A stretch of DNA of 64,000 nucleotides from a virus (taxonomy: Duplodnaviria; Caudoviricetes), in the IMG/VR virus record IMGVR_UViG_3300021400_000034, positions 1-64,000 of that record, one strand, 5' to 3'. Positions 18,623 through 28,824 of the stretch are shown one piece after another. The position numbers and the translations under genes were made by a program. The notes beneath the pieces are model-generated. The model was not told where the DNA came from, ran no database searches, and saw only the letters and a list, made by a program, of their open reading frames with translations. How positions within the stretch are numbered: position 1 is the stretch's first letter; each line of letters begins with the position of its first letter.

Positions 18623-19384
18623 TTAGATCTTGGGCAGGAAGAAGTCTCTAGTCATAGGGACTTCTACTTGTACTTCCACGCCGCAAGAGCAAGTGTAAGT
18701 CGTAGAAGGACGTGCTCCGAATGCGTACTTCTGCAGATAGTTGGCGAGTCTGGCGAATTCCTTAGCGCTTCCTCTACCTCTCGCGAAGTAAGTGTAAGCT
18801 TCGTAGATTCCGACAGATTCTCCGTTGATCGAAGTGATGTGAGCTGCGATAGTCATCGTCTCTTCGTCGATGTCTTCAACGAAAGCTGGATTGTTCTTCG
18901 TGCGGCTGATCTCGATCTCAGTCTCGATCGTCGGGAAGCGAACAGTGACTTTGTCGCCGTTAGGAAGCTCGAGCTCTGACGGCATCTCGTCTGGAGCGTA
19001 GATCACGTCAAGATCTTTCAGCTTGAATTCATGAACGTGAGATTTTCCGCAAGACGGACAGGTGCCTACGACCTTCATCGGGAAGTCATCATAAGTGATC
19101 GATCTGAGGAAATAGATGAGCCACAGCTTGTCGTTGATCATGACGTCGCCGAGATCGATTCCGCTGATGGCGCTAGAGATGATCTGATTGAATACCGGAT
19201 TGACCGTCTCGACTCGAACCTTAGAGAGATTCTTCATCTCGATAGCAGACAGCTTTCTAGCGTAGAGTTCGCCTTTGTAGTAGCGACCACGGGATGGAAG
19301 CAAGTCTTTGTTGATGAGGATCTTATCTGGGCCAGACTGGATAGGACGTACCTCTGGCTTCTCTTCTTCTCTGATGCTCTTCAT
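18623..19384 (-). CDS. Baseplate hub assembly protein, gp26-like
   Basis: LPSRGRYY, DKLWLIYFLRSITY, CPSCG, VRFPT, C-terminal CSCG...DFF. Confidence 0.75.
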   Translation of the reverse strand: MKSIREEEKPEVRPIQSGPDKILINKDLLPSRGRYYKGELYARKLSAIEMKNLSKVRVETVNPVFNQIISSAISGIDLGDVMINDKLWLIYFLRSITYDDFPMKVVGTCPSCGKSHVHEFKLKDLDVIYAPDEMPSELELPNGDKVTVRFPTIETEIEISRTKNNPAFVEDIDEETMTIAAHITSINGESVGIYEAYTYFARGRGSAKEFARLANYLQKYAFGARPSTTYTCSCGVEVQVEVPMTRDFFLPKI

Positions 19385-19436
19385 AGTGAAACTCCTTTCA
19401 GTTACTCTTTATTTATTCGCAGCTCAGTTGCAATGA

Positions 19437-19679
19437 TCACTTTCTCTTTTTGCTCTTCTTAGTCGTCTCGATCTGCAAGTCTCTCCCGCCGATGTCCACG
19501 GCAGTGCCGTCCGGCGCATAGACTCTCAGAAATTTAGTTCCGTCGAAAGCCTGCTTCCACTCGAACGACTTAGCGTCTAGCTTGACTTCATAGCAGGTTT
19601 TGTCGTTGCAGACCTTGAATGTCTGCATTTCTGCTGCAATTGGAGCTGCAGCGATCAGAATTGTTAGCAGTTTAGTCAT
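19437..19679 (-). CDS. Small secreted hypothetical protein
   Basis: Signal-peptide-like N-terminus; minus-strand TATAAATA at 19685-19692. Confidence 0.6.
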   Translation of the reverse strand: MTKLLTILIAAAPIAAEMQTFKVCNDKTCYEVKLDAKSFEWKQAFDGTKFLRVYAPDGTAVDIGGRDLQIETTKKSKKRK

Positions 19680-19684
19680 AGTTA

Positions 19685-19705
19685 TATTTATAACTCATAT
19701 AAATA
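19685..19705. promoter_or_regulatory. Back-to-back divergent late promoters
   Basis: TATAAATA on minus (19685-19692) and on plus (19698-19705). Confidence 0.7.
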
Positions 19706-19724
19706 ACAAAAAGAGGAACTACTT

Positions 19725-20645
19725 ATGGGAATTCTAGATAAGCTCTCCGAGATCCACCGCAAGTCTGTCAACGAAGACTGGCGTGAAACCGCAAGAGAAT
19801 ACAACAAAGCTAAGGAAGTTAAGGACTTTCACGAAGCGAGACAGAATGCGCTGAATTACAATCTCAAGACCAGATATGGTGACTGGGACGTGAAGATCAA
19901 GTTCGAGAACAGCTATGGGGCCTCTGTCATCAAGGTAACTGTCGAAAACGACAAGGACTATGTCGGAAGCAAGTGGTTCAAGACGGGAAAAGAGGTGAAA
20001 GCCTATCTATTCGACGGAGGACTTAAGTCCGTCGTGTTCAAGCACATTCGTGAGAGGCTAGTCAGAGCTCTCAATCAGGACACTGTCACTCCGGAGCAGA
20101 TGAAAGAGTCTATGACGAAAGCTGAGAAGATGATCGATGCGCTTCAGGACGCTATCGACATCAAGATCGACGAGGAAGACATCGACCGTAAGCTTCATCG
20201 CTACGATATCTACACTAACGCTATGAATGCGAGAAGCCGTAAGAGGAACGACCTTCGTTGGAAGGCTTCTCGTGAGTTCGAAAAAGAGAGAAAATTCGAG
20301 GTGGGCGACATCGTCTATGGAAAAGGAAACAGCGATCTCCGTTCTGGCAAGGCATACGTCATCAAGGAGATCAAGAGCGTCAGCTGGACTAAAGAACCGA
20401 TCTACGTAGTTGAGCCAGAGAACGGAAGAGGCCGCTCTTACGAAGAGAGAGCCAAGAACCTATATCGAAGCTCGGACGTGATCGCTCAGGCTATCCAGAA
20501 TCCAGACGATCCGAAGTATGACAAAGGATTCGACCAGCAGGAATACATGATGAACCGCTACGCAGGCGGCGACGACTCTGAGTTCAATGAAGCCGTCAAA
20601 CTACTTCAAGACCAGGGCATGATCGTTGAAGGCCTAGAAAAGTAA
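19725..20645 (+). CDS. Hypothetical late protein (possible internal head protein)
   Basis: Late promoter; GAGG SD; SH3/KOW-like FEVGDIV segment; C-terminal FNEAVKLLQDQGMIV. Confidence 0.7.
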   Translation: MGILDKLSEIHRKSVNEDWRETAREYNKAKEVKDFHEARQNALNYNLKTRYGDWDVKIKFENSYGASVIKVTVENDKDYVGSKWFKTGKEVKAYLFDGGLKSVVFKHIRERLVRALNQDTVTPEQMKESMTKAEKMIDALQDAIDIKIDEEDIDRKLHRYDIYTNAMNARSRKRNDLRWKASREFEKERKFEVGDIVYGKGNSDLRSGKAYVIKEIKSVSWTKEPIYVVEPENGRGRSYEERAKNLYRSSDVIAQAIQNPDDPKYDKGFDQQEYMMNRYAGGDDSEFNEAVKLLQDQGMIVEGLEK

Positions 20646-20707
20646 TCCAAAACTTTCATAATTAGAGATCTCCGGTGTTTTGTGCCGGAGATTTTCTTGT
20701 TTTGGGG

Positions 20708-20736
20708 TTTAGATTCTCTTTGGATTTTCTTATATT
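20708..20736 (+). promoter_or_regulatory. Early promoter
   Basis: TTTAGA-N17-TATATT followed by CAACAAGGACC leader. Confidence 0.75.
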
Positions 20737-20765
20737 GTATATGTAGAACTCAACAAGGACCAGCT

Positions 20766-21077
20766 ATGAACTACACCGCCGACCAGAAGAAGAGAATGAT
20801 CAAGAAGCTCGAAGCTATGCCCAACGGCACCGTCTTCGACCTCAATAAGAAGGACGTCTGCCCTATCAAGTGCAAGCTCGTCCGCACCCGCTCGTCGGTC
20901 TCTCTGCTCGCTACTGAACTCAACGACGAAGTCCTCCTCACTGTCCACGGCAACGTGCTCGGAGGCCAGGTATTCCCGAAAGTCGTCGACACTATTGAAG
21001 ACTACATCAATCACTGGGACCTGATGACGAAGCAGTACTTCATCAGCCTGGCCCGTATGCAAGGCTATGAACCCTAA
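20766..21077 (+). CDS. Hypothetical early protein
   Basis: ATG at 20766 after AAGGACC. Confidence 0.7.
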   Translation: MNYTADQKKRMIKKLEAMPNGTVFDLNKKDVCPIKCKLVRTRSSVSLLATELNDEVLLTVHGNVLGGQVFPKVVDTIEDYINHWDLMTKQYFISLARMQGYEP

Positions 21078-21091
21078 CAAAGGACCAAACG

Positions 21092-21343
21092 ATGCGCAAG
21101 TACATCATCTACCGCAAACATGACCGCCACGTCGAAGACGTGGTCAGGATCTTCAGGTACACACCGGAAAACTGGGAAAAGGCTAAGAAGCTCTGTCAGA
21201 AGGACTGGTGCATGGAGTCTGGATTTGCAAGCAATGCGCATGGACAGGAAGGGCACTGGTCCGAGGATATCTCCGACTACGAATGGGGCTGGGAATCATC
21301 TTACTGGTCTAATCTGACCATCAAGACACTGGAGAATCTATGA
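21092..21343 (+). CDS. Hypothetical protein
   Basis: AAGGACC leader; 83 aa. Confidence 0.7.
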   Translation: MRKYIIYRKHDRHVEDVVRIFRYTPENWEKAKKLCQKDWCMESGFASNAHGQEGHWSEDISDYEWGWESSYWSNLTIKTLENL

Positions 21344-21657
21344 AAGTACACAAAATTACAGTTCCGCTTCCAAGTGCTGATCTTCCGACACACTGCGACT
21401 TCATGGACTGGCTGAAACTGCTTGAGCATGGAGGAATCTGCGCTCAAGTCTTCCGCAACTCCTCTATGGATACGGCTATGCTGCTGGAGAAAGCTCATGG
21501 GTTGAACTCGGTGACCGTTCTTGGCATAATGTACAGCGACACTTATCTCCTCGCATCGTTAGAAAACTTGAAACTGGTGATGGAGAAAGTCACCACAGAA
21601 ATCCAGCTACGTCCAGAGAGATATCTTGTCTGCATCGAAAGGACCAATAGAACCTAA
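21340..21657 (+). CDS. Hypothetical protein
   Basis: ATGA overlap with upstream gene; GGAG SD. Confidence 0.6.
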   Translation: MKVHKITVPLPSADLPTHCDFMDWLKLLEHGGICAQVFRNSSMDTAMLLEKAHGLNSVTVLGIMYSDTYLLASLENLKLVMEKVTTEIQLRPERYLVCIERTNRT

Positions 21658-21749
21658 CATTTTTCTCGATAATAACAAAGCGAAATGTTAAGATCGATAA
21701 AAATGTTATATTGATGACATACGGCTGGTCGTCCACCTATGACCAGTCA

Positions 21750-21789
21750 GAGCGCTGCCGTCCTGGTCCTTCGGCAGCGCTCGCTTTTT
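21750..21789 (+). terminator. Rho-independent terminator
   Basis: GAGCGCTGCCG/CGGCAGCGCTC stem followed by a T tract. Confidence 0.75.
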
Positions 21790-21792
21790 GTG

Positions 21793-21800
21793 TATAAATA
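21793..21800 (+). promoter_or_regulatory. T4-type late promoter
   Basis: TATAAATA before ATG 21807. Confidence 0.75.
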
Positions 21801-21806
21801 CACTAT

Positions 21807-24218
21807 ATGATAGTCGAAGTCTTCAAATCCTTCGAGGACGGTCTCCTTCTCTTCAACGCAGTCTATCCGGACACTGGATGGCGTTTTGACAGCTACAACC
21901 AGCGTGATGGCGAAACTACTCCGCCGTATAGAGAATCTGGCTGGATAAGCGCTGCTGCTCCAGCGGACAAAGACCGCCTAGACACTATCTACTTCGACAG
22001 CAAGCCAGGCCGATACAAGCTCAAGTCGACCGTGAAGAATGTCGTGATCGACAAGAAGCCTCCTGAGCTCGTCTCCTGGACCGGCAATTTCACGGTGTTT
22101 GAAGGCGAAAAGTGGTCTGCCGAGTTCGTCATAAGGGATGACAGCGGAATCGACTCTGGCGTGTACGAAATCGCCGCTAAAACACCTGACGGCAATACTC
22201 GTGTCCTCGCTCAGAGCACACGCAAAGAGAGCGACCCACCAGCATACATTCCTAAGGTCACTGTCGACGGAAGCGATAACGGAATCTCTTTCACGCTAGA
22301 GCACTCAGAGAACGACAAGACACTCTACCGCATCAAGCTAGAGATCGATCCGTCCCAGATCGGAGAATGGGAAGAGTCTGGAGACGAAGGATCTCTGATC
22401 AAGTGCAACGACTACATCAAATACGCTAGATTCTCGCTGATCGTCTACGACATCTCCGGAAACCAGATTGATCTAATCGACCCGAAGACATTCCCGAAGA
22501 CTTTCGCGGTCTACAGCATCGACAAAGAGAGCATTCTTGGAGAAGTCAGCCGTCTGACGCTAGACTTCGTGAACACCTATCCTCCTGGACTTCTCGTCGG
22601 ACCAGACATGATCGGTAAGACGACCATCCTCGTCACCAACCGCAACTTGAATCTAGTTGATCTAGGATTCCACGTCGTCTTTGGACTGAAGCCCGACTCT
22701 GTCGGCTATCTGTCTGGAATTCCTAGCAATTTGTCTCTATCCAAAGATGGTACTTACTATTCTCAGACACATGACGTAGACGGCATAGACAGCACGGGCT
22801 ATGTTCAGGCGTTCGCATATCTTGACGGAACTCTCGGAAACATATCATGCGATATTAGCGGAGAGACGATCTCTGTCGAGATTGACGAAGAACTTTCTCA
22901 AGATGTTCGAGGAATGACCTATGTCGAAGGAATTCTCGGCAAGTTCATCTCTGAGTGCTTGGACAATAAGCGCAAGCTGTACGTCGATCCGTTCATTCCG
23001 GATATACTCAAAGGTGAAGGAATTTTCGGCCTCTGCAAGCTGTTCGAGACATACTTGAACACGATCTACACTCCTATGGAAGGCGACTGCCGCATAGGCA
23101 TTCTCGAGAAGATTCACCGCATCTCCGAGTTCAAGGATCCGAGAGAGTGTGAGCCGAGACTATTGACACGATTCGCTGACGAGCACGGCTCTGAGCTAAA
23201 GTTCAACCGAGAAGACGTAGAGAAAGTCGCTTCAGTGCTTCGCAAGTACACCGGAGACGACAACAACACAATAAGCCAGAAAGACTTGGTCGACAAGATC
23301 TACCGCAGATACTACGAGATTCTCCCTTACATCAACATGTATAAGGGAACCGAGAAGTCGTTCGATCTGATCTACAGCGTTCTCGGTCTACGAGTCGAGC
23401 TGTTTCCCCTATGGGAAGGTCCAGACCACAAGATGGTCAGAGAGGACAAAGCGGGCGATGACTATTGGCTCACTTCACACTTGGAAGTCGAAGTTCATGG
23501 CGAGTACAGCGACGCCGACTTGAGAGTCTTGTCTGACTTCTCGCTCGAAGCGGCTAAGTCAATACTTCCAGTCATCAGGGTTATCGACACTTCTACGATC
23601 GTTGATGACTTTGTCGACGACGGTCTGCTCAACTTGACAATGATAGACCTGAGCGGTCCGGATGAGAAGCTCAAGACCGAGTACGTAGTGTTCTCTTGGG
23701 ACAACAAAAAGATTCCTAAGGCGAAGATCCGAAAGAACGATCTCGAGATCTATCTACCGATCGACGCTAAGGCTAACTTCTGCAGCGAGCGTACTACGAC
23801 TAAGGTATCTAAGAAGTACGACACTAACCCAGCATTCTGGTTCTCACGTTGGGGAGCGATGAGAAACACATACGGACCTCTCACTATGAAGTTCGCTTTC
23901 GGATATATGGACGCCTATGACGATATGCTAAACGGAAAGATAGAGTACGGAGTCAACATATCTCCTACCTCGATAGAGATTCGTCAAGATCGTGTCGTTC
24001 TTCACTTGGAAGACAACACGCAGAACCGAGAGTATCTGAACACTTGGAACACTTGGACATCTAAGTACACGTTCAACAATCCATACGATCCTGGTCACAC
24101 CGACATGAACACAGTCATGATATTCAGAATATTCAGAAGCGAGGACCATGCAGTTACCTTAGAGAACTACTGCGACTCGATATACGTTGACGATGTGCCT
24201 GATACGATTCACAGCTGA
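21807..24218 (+). CDS. Baseplate wedge-like protein (gp7/P2 gpI-like domain)
   Basis: YYEILPYINMYKGTEKSFDLIYSVLG resembles the baseplate KGT motif; Ig-like N-terminus; late promoter. Confidence 0.6.
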   Translation: MIVEVFKSFEDGLLLFNAVYPDTGWRFDSYNQRDGETTPPYRESGWISAAAPADKDRLDTIYFDSKPGRYKLKSTVKNVVIDKKPPELVSWTGNFTVFEGEKWSAEFVIRDDSGIDSGVYEIAAKTPDGNTRVLAQSTRKESDPPAYIPKVTVDGSDNGISFTLEHSENDKTLYRIKLEIDPSQIGEWEESGDEGSLIKCNDYIKYARFSLIVYDISGNQIDLIDPKTFPKTFAVYSIDKESILGEVSRLTLDFVNTYPPGLLVGPDMIGKTTILVTNRNLNLVDLGFHVVFGLKPDSVGYLSGIPSNLSLSKDGTYYSQTHDVDGIDSTGYVQAFAYLDGTLGNISCDISGETISVEIDEELSQDVRGMTYVEGILGKFISECLDNKRKLYVDPFIPDILKGEGIFGLCKLFETYLNTIYTPMEGDCRIGILEKIHRISEFKDPRECEPRLLTRFADEHGSELKFNREDVEKVASVLRKYTGDDNNTISQKDLVDKIYRRYYEILPYINMYKGTEKSFDLIYSVLGLRVELFPLWEGPDHKMVREDKAGDDYWLTSHLEVEVHGEYSDADLRVLSDFSLEAAKSILPVIRVIDTSTIVDDFVDDGLLNLTMIDLSGPDEKLKTEYVVFSWDNKKIPKAKIRKNDLEIYLPIDAKANFCSERTTTKVSKKYDTNPAFWFSRWGAMRNTYGPLTMKFAFGYMDAYDDMLNGKIEYGVNISPTSIEIRQDRVVLHLEDNTQNREYLNTWNTWTSKYTFNNPYDPGHTDMNTVMIFRIFRSEDHAVTLENYCDSIYVDDVPDTIHS

Positions 24219-24244
24219 TAGACTCTATTGTAAATAAATAGAGT

Positions 24245-25807
24245 ATGAGAATAGACGGCGAACAAGAAGACATTGTCTTTGAGCCATTGAGCAGCTTCCT
24301 GTTCAAGTGCACTTTCACTGCACCTGAACGATACAAGAAGCTCTTGACGGACTCGATTCTAGAGAAGCTGAAGTACTCAGTCGTTTCGCTGAACATCCCA
24401 AAGCTGACAGAGAAGAATCTAGAGGCTATCTCATACGGATCCTTCGCTCTGCCGTTCCCGTACTACTCTACTGGGCAGAAGGAGATGTCTATCGACTTCT
24501 TCGAGACAGACGACATGCTCATCTCACGCGTCTTCTATGTTCTTCAGTCTAAGAAGCGCTGGTCAGCTAAGACGATCTTCCGCATGTCAGACGCTGAGCT
24601 GTTCCTGCATGTCGAGATCTATCCTCAGAGAAACGCTAAAGGCTACAAATATCCGATGAAGAACCCCGTATTCGTTCGTGATTATGGCCTGATCATGAAA
24701 GGAATCAATCCGCCAGAGTTCAGCAGAACTGGAGAAGTGACATTGCTGAAGACGAAGATAGAGTTCAACACGATCGAGTCCGACTACTACGGAGAGAAAG
24801 GGAGAACATATCAAGACTCTGGAATCGATCCGACAAAAGAGAAGCACGAGTGGGATAAGCAAAAAGCCGAAGCTGCATTCATAGACACGGAGCAGATGGG
24901 TGATCGCATAGCGGAGCAGTTCGCAGAGTGGATGAAGGAAGATATGGAACGCGCTGCCAGAGAAGGTGGACCGTCTACTGGTGGCGCAGGCATGTATTAC
25001 GCTGAACAGGCTAGAACTGCGGAAGAGAGAAAGAAACTAAAACTTCCAGAGAAGAGCTCTAGAGACTTCATACTTGACAACAATGAGCTTGAAGGCAACT
25101 ATGCAAAATATTCAAAGGCTAGAAAGGATAAAGCTGTCAGCAAAGATGAGTTTGCTAGAATTAGCCTAGAGAACTTGAAGAGACTTCAGAATGCTTATAG
25201 CGGAGTTAACGAAGATTTTGCTAAGACTGGTACTGGACTCGAGATCAGAGTTGAAGGAGGAGACGTCAATAGCTGGACGTCGCATGGAGTCGGAAGCGGT
25301 GCTAACGCTTCTCATACTCTTAGCCAGAAGATGGATGTCATCCTATATAAGGACGGTGTAAGAGTTGATGCTGGTATGCTCACAGAGAGCGAGTTCAAGA
25401 CTTTGTATACAGTCATGGATGAAAATGGATTGGCGGTTAATTTCGAGTCAAGAGATATTACTAATAAGAAAAAGATGTGGCTCGACACTCAGCTCAAGAG
25501 TGCACTCGGCGATGCGGACGGAAAGGTCGTTGAGAAGAAATTTGAGAATACTTGGGCCGGCGACCGTGAAGTTGCTGTCATGGAGACTGTTGATGGGAAA
25601 GACCAGAGAAAATACACGGTCGATGTAGTCACTGGCGAGATTGTTGATAACAAGAAGCGTACCAGATATGACAAGAACAAAGATTATAGATCTGAAGCGG
25701 AAAAGCAAGCTAATGAGCAGCGGGCGAAAAAGAAGGAAGAAGATGATGTTCTAGCTGGTCTTCTAAATAGACAGCCAGGAATGAACTCCAGTGATGCGGA
25801 GCACTAA
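24245..25807 (+). CDS. Tail-tube-fold (gp19/gp54/gp48-like) protein with C-terminal extension
   Basis: N-terminal 180 aa show the F.C.F...SLNIP...IDFFET...EFS...IEF tube pattern. Confidence 0.5.
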   Translation: MRIDGEQEDIVFEPLSSFLFKCTFTAPERYKKLLTDSILEKLKYSVVSLNIPKLTEKNLEAISYGSFALPFPYYSTGQKEMSIDFFETDDMLISRVFYVLQSKKRWSAKTIFRMSDAELFLHVEIYPQRNAKGYKYPMKNPVFVRDYGLIMKGINPPEFSRTGEVTLLKTKIEFNTIESDYYGEKGRTYQDSGIDPTKEKHEWDKQKAEAAFIDTEQMGDRIAEQFAEWMKEDMERAAREGGPSTGGAGMYYAEQARTAEERKKLKLPEKSSRDFILDNNELEGNYAKYSKARKDKAVSKDEFARISLENLKRLQNAYSGVNEDFAKTGTGLEIRVEGGDVNSWTSHGVGSGANASHTLSQKMDVILYKDGVRVDAGMLTESEFKTLYTVMDENGLAVNFESRDITNKKKMWLDTQLKSALGDADGKVVEKKFENTWAGDREVAVMETVDGKDQRKYTVDVVTGEIVDNKKRTRYDKNKDYRSEAEKQANEQRAKKKEEDDVLAGLLNRQPGMNSSDAEH

Positions 25808-27249
25808 TGCAGTACAATATTTTCCAGAATGACTTCTACGAAGATAGACCTGGCGTTCCTTGGGCCTACAAAGTCACTGTGTACGCTGGAATGCTGCAGA
25901 CTCCTATTCTCGTTCTGTCAAAAGGCGTCAAGGAAGTCAATCTTCCAGACCTAGAATTGATGACGTTCCGTGTTCACTACGGAGGCAGAGCATTCGACAT
26001 TCCGACGAGATACCGCAACAGCAGCACGTTCACGATGAAGTTCAGCGAGAGAAACGACCTTCTCGCTTATCATGCTCTAGCTGGTATATTCTCGAGAACT
26101 TATGACTACGAAAGCTCATACTCGAATCTCTCATCTGATCTGCATATCAAGGTAGAGATACTCGATCCGCAGAATCTGACACAGAAGGACACTCAGCTTG
26201 ACTACGACATAGCTGCTGTAGGAAAAGGCCGAGAAGAGACTAAGAACATGGGACTCAAGACGAACGATGCAGACGCTGTCGAGATCTATGAGTTCAAGGG
26301 CTGCTTCCTCGACAAGATAGACGACTTGGAGCTTGACTACAGCTCAGAAGAGATAGTCGAATGGGGAGCCACTATTCAGTTCAATGAAGTCAAGGTCACA
26401 TATCCGCATCAGGCCAAGATCACTCTTGCAGACGACGTTGACAGAAGCGAGTCCGTCGATGTTCCTAAGAAGTCGAAAGACTCTATTTCCTTCACTAATC
26501 CAGAAGAGATCAGAACAGAGAAGCAGATCGCTGGCACTGGAAGTGGAGAAGGCGGTGGTGGAACAGGAGGAGGTGGCGCTGGAAACATGGATGGACGTCC
26601 AGGTTCAGATGGCGGCTTGAGCGCTACTGGAAACAAAGACGTCAACAGACACGGCAACTCTACTGAAGGCGTTGATCTACACAATGACAACACTGGAGAA
26701 TCTCCGAGAAGAGCAGTTGCATCTCCTGAGACGACACCGTCTCAGACTACAGAAAAAGAACCCATTATCCCTTCAGATATTGACCAGAAGGACGGAGCGG
26801 ATAGCACTATAGCTAAGGAATTCGAAACTAAGGGTGAAGCCGAGGTCGAAGGATGGGGTGAGTTGAGCAATGAAGATAAGCTTAAAATCATAAAGATGTG
26901 GAATGAGAATGGAGGAGAGGCCGAAACTGGAATGATCACGAATAAGATAGCGAATGAGTTCAGAGAAGGTTCGGCTAGCGGTGAAACATACACTGATGTT
27001 GCCGCTTATCTGAGAACTGAGGGCTATACCGAAGAGGAAATCGAAAGTGGTCTTAGAGCTGCACTAGAGGATGCTGGATATGTCGATGCAGACATTGACT
27101 CGACTCTAAAAGACTTGGAATTAAAGTCTAGGCTGAAAGAGGCTGGATTCGACGAGGAGAACGCCGATAGCGCATATAGTGGAATGGATGTTCACAAGAG
27201 CAATCCTGATGACGCTGTTGAACTGAACTCGTTCAAGGTAAGACAGTAG
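25807..27249 (+). CDS. Tail-tube-fold protein with Gly-rich/acidic C-terminal extension
   Basis: EVNLP...YGG...P...MKFSE...YEFKGCF..IDDLELDYSSEEIVEWGATIQF. Confidence 0.6.
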   Translation: MQYNIFQNDFYEDRPGVPWAYKVTVYAGMLQTPILVLSKGVKEVNLPDLELMTFRVHYGGRAFDIPTRYRNSSTFTMKFSERNDLLAYHALAGIFSRTYDYESSYSNLSSDLHIKVEILDPQNLTQKDTQLDYDIAAVGKGREETKNMGLKTNDADAVEIYEFKGCFLDKIDDLELDYSSEEIVEWGATIQFNEVKVTYPHQAKITLADDVDRSESVDVPKKSKDSISFTNPEEIRTEKQIAGTGSGEGGGGTGGGGAGNMDGRPGSDGGLSATGNKDVNRHGNSTEGVDLHNDNTGESPRRAVASPETTPSQTTEKEPIIPSDIDQKDGADSTIAKEFETKGEAEVEGWGELSNEDKLKIIKMWNENGGEAETGMITNKIANEFREGSASGETYTDVAAYLRTEGYTEEEIESGLRAALEDAGYVDADIDSTLKDLELKSRLKEAGFDEENADSAYSGMDVHKSNPDDAVELNSFKVRQ

Positions 27250-27265
27250 GACGGATAAATAATAT

Positions 27266-27592
27266 ATGCCTGGAATATACAACAGAGAAACGCTATTCTT
27301 GAAGCAGATCGTCGAAGGCCGTAGGGAAGTCGACATGGCGAGCATTGACTTTCCGACACTAGACCGTTCTAAGTCTTACGCTTGGACGTTTGTTCGACGT
27401 GATGAGCAGTGCCGTCCAGATCTGCTAGCTTATCGCATTTACAGAAATGCAGACCTCTGGTGGTTCGTGATGTGGATCAACGGCATCATGGATCCGTGGC
27501 ACGATCTCATGCCAGACGTAGCGATAAAGTATATTCCAGTCGAGCAGATCGACAACGCATTCAAGTATATCAGATTGAAGAGAGCTAAGTGA
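27266..27592 (+). CDS. 53: Baseplate wedge protein gp53-like (LysM-like)
   Basis: RPDLLAYRIY.NADLWWFVMWINGIMDP. Confidence 0.85.
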   Translation: MPGIYNRETLFLKQIVEGRREVDMASIDFPTLDRSKSYAWTFVRRDEQCRPDLLAYRIYRNADLWWFVMWINGIMDPWHDLMPDVAIKYIPVEQIDNAFKYIRLKRAK

Positions 27593-28218
27593 TGGAAGAC
27601 TACATGGCCATAGATGACTATCTCTTGAAGAAGAGCTTCAAGATGAGCGACGCATACAGCGTCGAGGTCTATGACCGTGAGCCCGCATGGAACGACCATC
27701 TCGGAGAGCTGTTCACTAAGGACGAGATCAAGAAGTATTCCGTGAATACGATCAAGGACGGCTCATACAAGGGAAGATACTTCTACTTCAAGAACTGCAA
27801 CGGATTCACTCCGCCAGTCTATAAGCCGAAAGAAGAAGTCATAGAGTTCTGCAATCGTACACAGGTCGTCTATCTCCCCAACACAGAGAAGCCTGATCCA
27901 GTGACGCTGAAGTTTCACGAGACTGAAGACCAGTACGTCGGCAAGTTCATCAAGTACTGCCTCCGCAAGAATTTCTTCGACGAGAGGGTCAACTACTATA
28001 AAGACAGCTACAATCCGTACCGCTACATCGACTGGATAAAGATTCACGTCTGGGACAACAATCTCAAGAAGAAGGTCATGACGCACATCTTCGAGTCGTG
28101 CCGCATATCGACATACGACTATGACTACAATCTAGACTATTCATCTTCTCAGGCTATTCAGCCGTCTATCGCTTTCTCATTTATAAACTACAAGATCGAC
28201 ATGAACCCGGAGAACTAA
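27589..28218 (+). CDS. Tail-tube-fold paralog
   Basis: VTLKFHET...IFESCRISTYDY..LDYSSS...IAFSF. Confidence 0.55.
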   Translation: MMEDYMAIDDYLLKKSFKMSDAYSVEVYDREPAWNDHLGELFTKDEIKKYSVNTIKDGSYKGRYFYFKNCNGFTPPVYKPKEEVIEFCNRTQVVYLPNTEKPDPVTLKFHETEDQYVGKFIKYCLRKNFFDERVNYYKDSYNPYRYIDWIKIHVWDNNLKKKVMTHIFESCRISTYDYDYNLDYSSSQAIQPSIAFSFINYKIDMNPEN

Positions 28219-28821
28219 ATGGCTAACGAGTACAACATATTCACTAGCGAGCTAGACAACCTAGCAGATCCGATGAGAACGGACCTGTTCTCTGTGGTCT
28301 TCTATGACAGCTCTGGCTACACTTTCAAGTATGCAGTTCTGGACAGCAGCCAGTTCTATCCTCATCGTGCTACGCTTCCGAAGCAGAGCAACGTTCTAGC
28401 GAAGCGCTGGTATTTCGGATCATACCGTCAGGACGTCATCAACTCTGACCGTGGTGGAGAGACTACGCTAGAGTTTTACATGCGCTGCGATCAATCTTAC
28501 AATATGAAGATGCTGCAGTTCTTAGGCGTGGCTATCAGCGACGAGTTCTTGGATGAAGAGCAGCGCTACAAGCACATCGAGTTCGACAAGAGATTCGACA
28601 AGATCGAGATAATAACGAGAGACAACGAGTTCAAAGACGGTCTGATCTACACTCTCTACAACTGCAACGTTCACGATCTGTCATTAAACGACTTAGACGC
28701 TAGCACTGCTGACATCTTGAAGCTGACGGCGACAGTGACTTACGACACTCACGACGTGAGATCGTCTAAAGAATGGAAGTACAGAGACGACATCGGAAAG
28801 ATAAGCAAGGCAATCGGATAG
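28219..28821 (+). CDS. Tail-tube-fold paralog (gp19-like)
   Basis: DPMRTDLFSV...ATLP...YTLYNC.V.DLS..DLD...LTATVTYD. Confidence 0.65.
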   Translation: MANEYNIFTSELDNLADPMRTDLFSVVFYDSSGYTFKYAVLDSSQFYPHRATLPKQSNVLAKRWYFGSYRQDVINSDRGGETTLEFYMRCDQSYNMKMLQFLGVAISDEFLDEEQRYKHIEFDKRFDKIEIITRDNEFKDGLIYTLYNCNVHDLSLNDLDASTADILKLTATVTYDTHDVRSSKEWKYRDDIGKISKAIG

Positions 28822-28824
28822 TAG

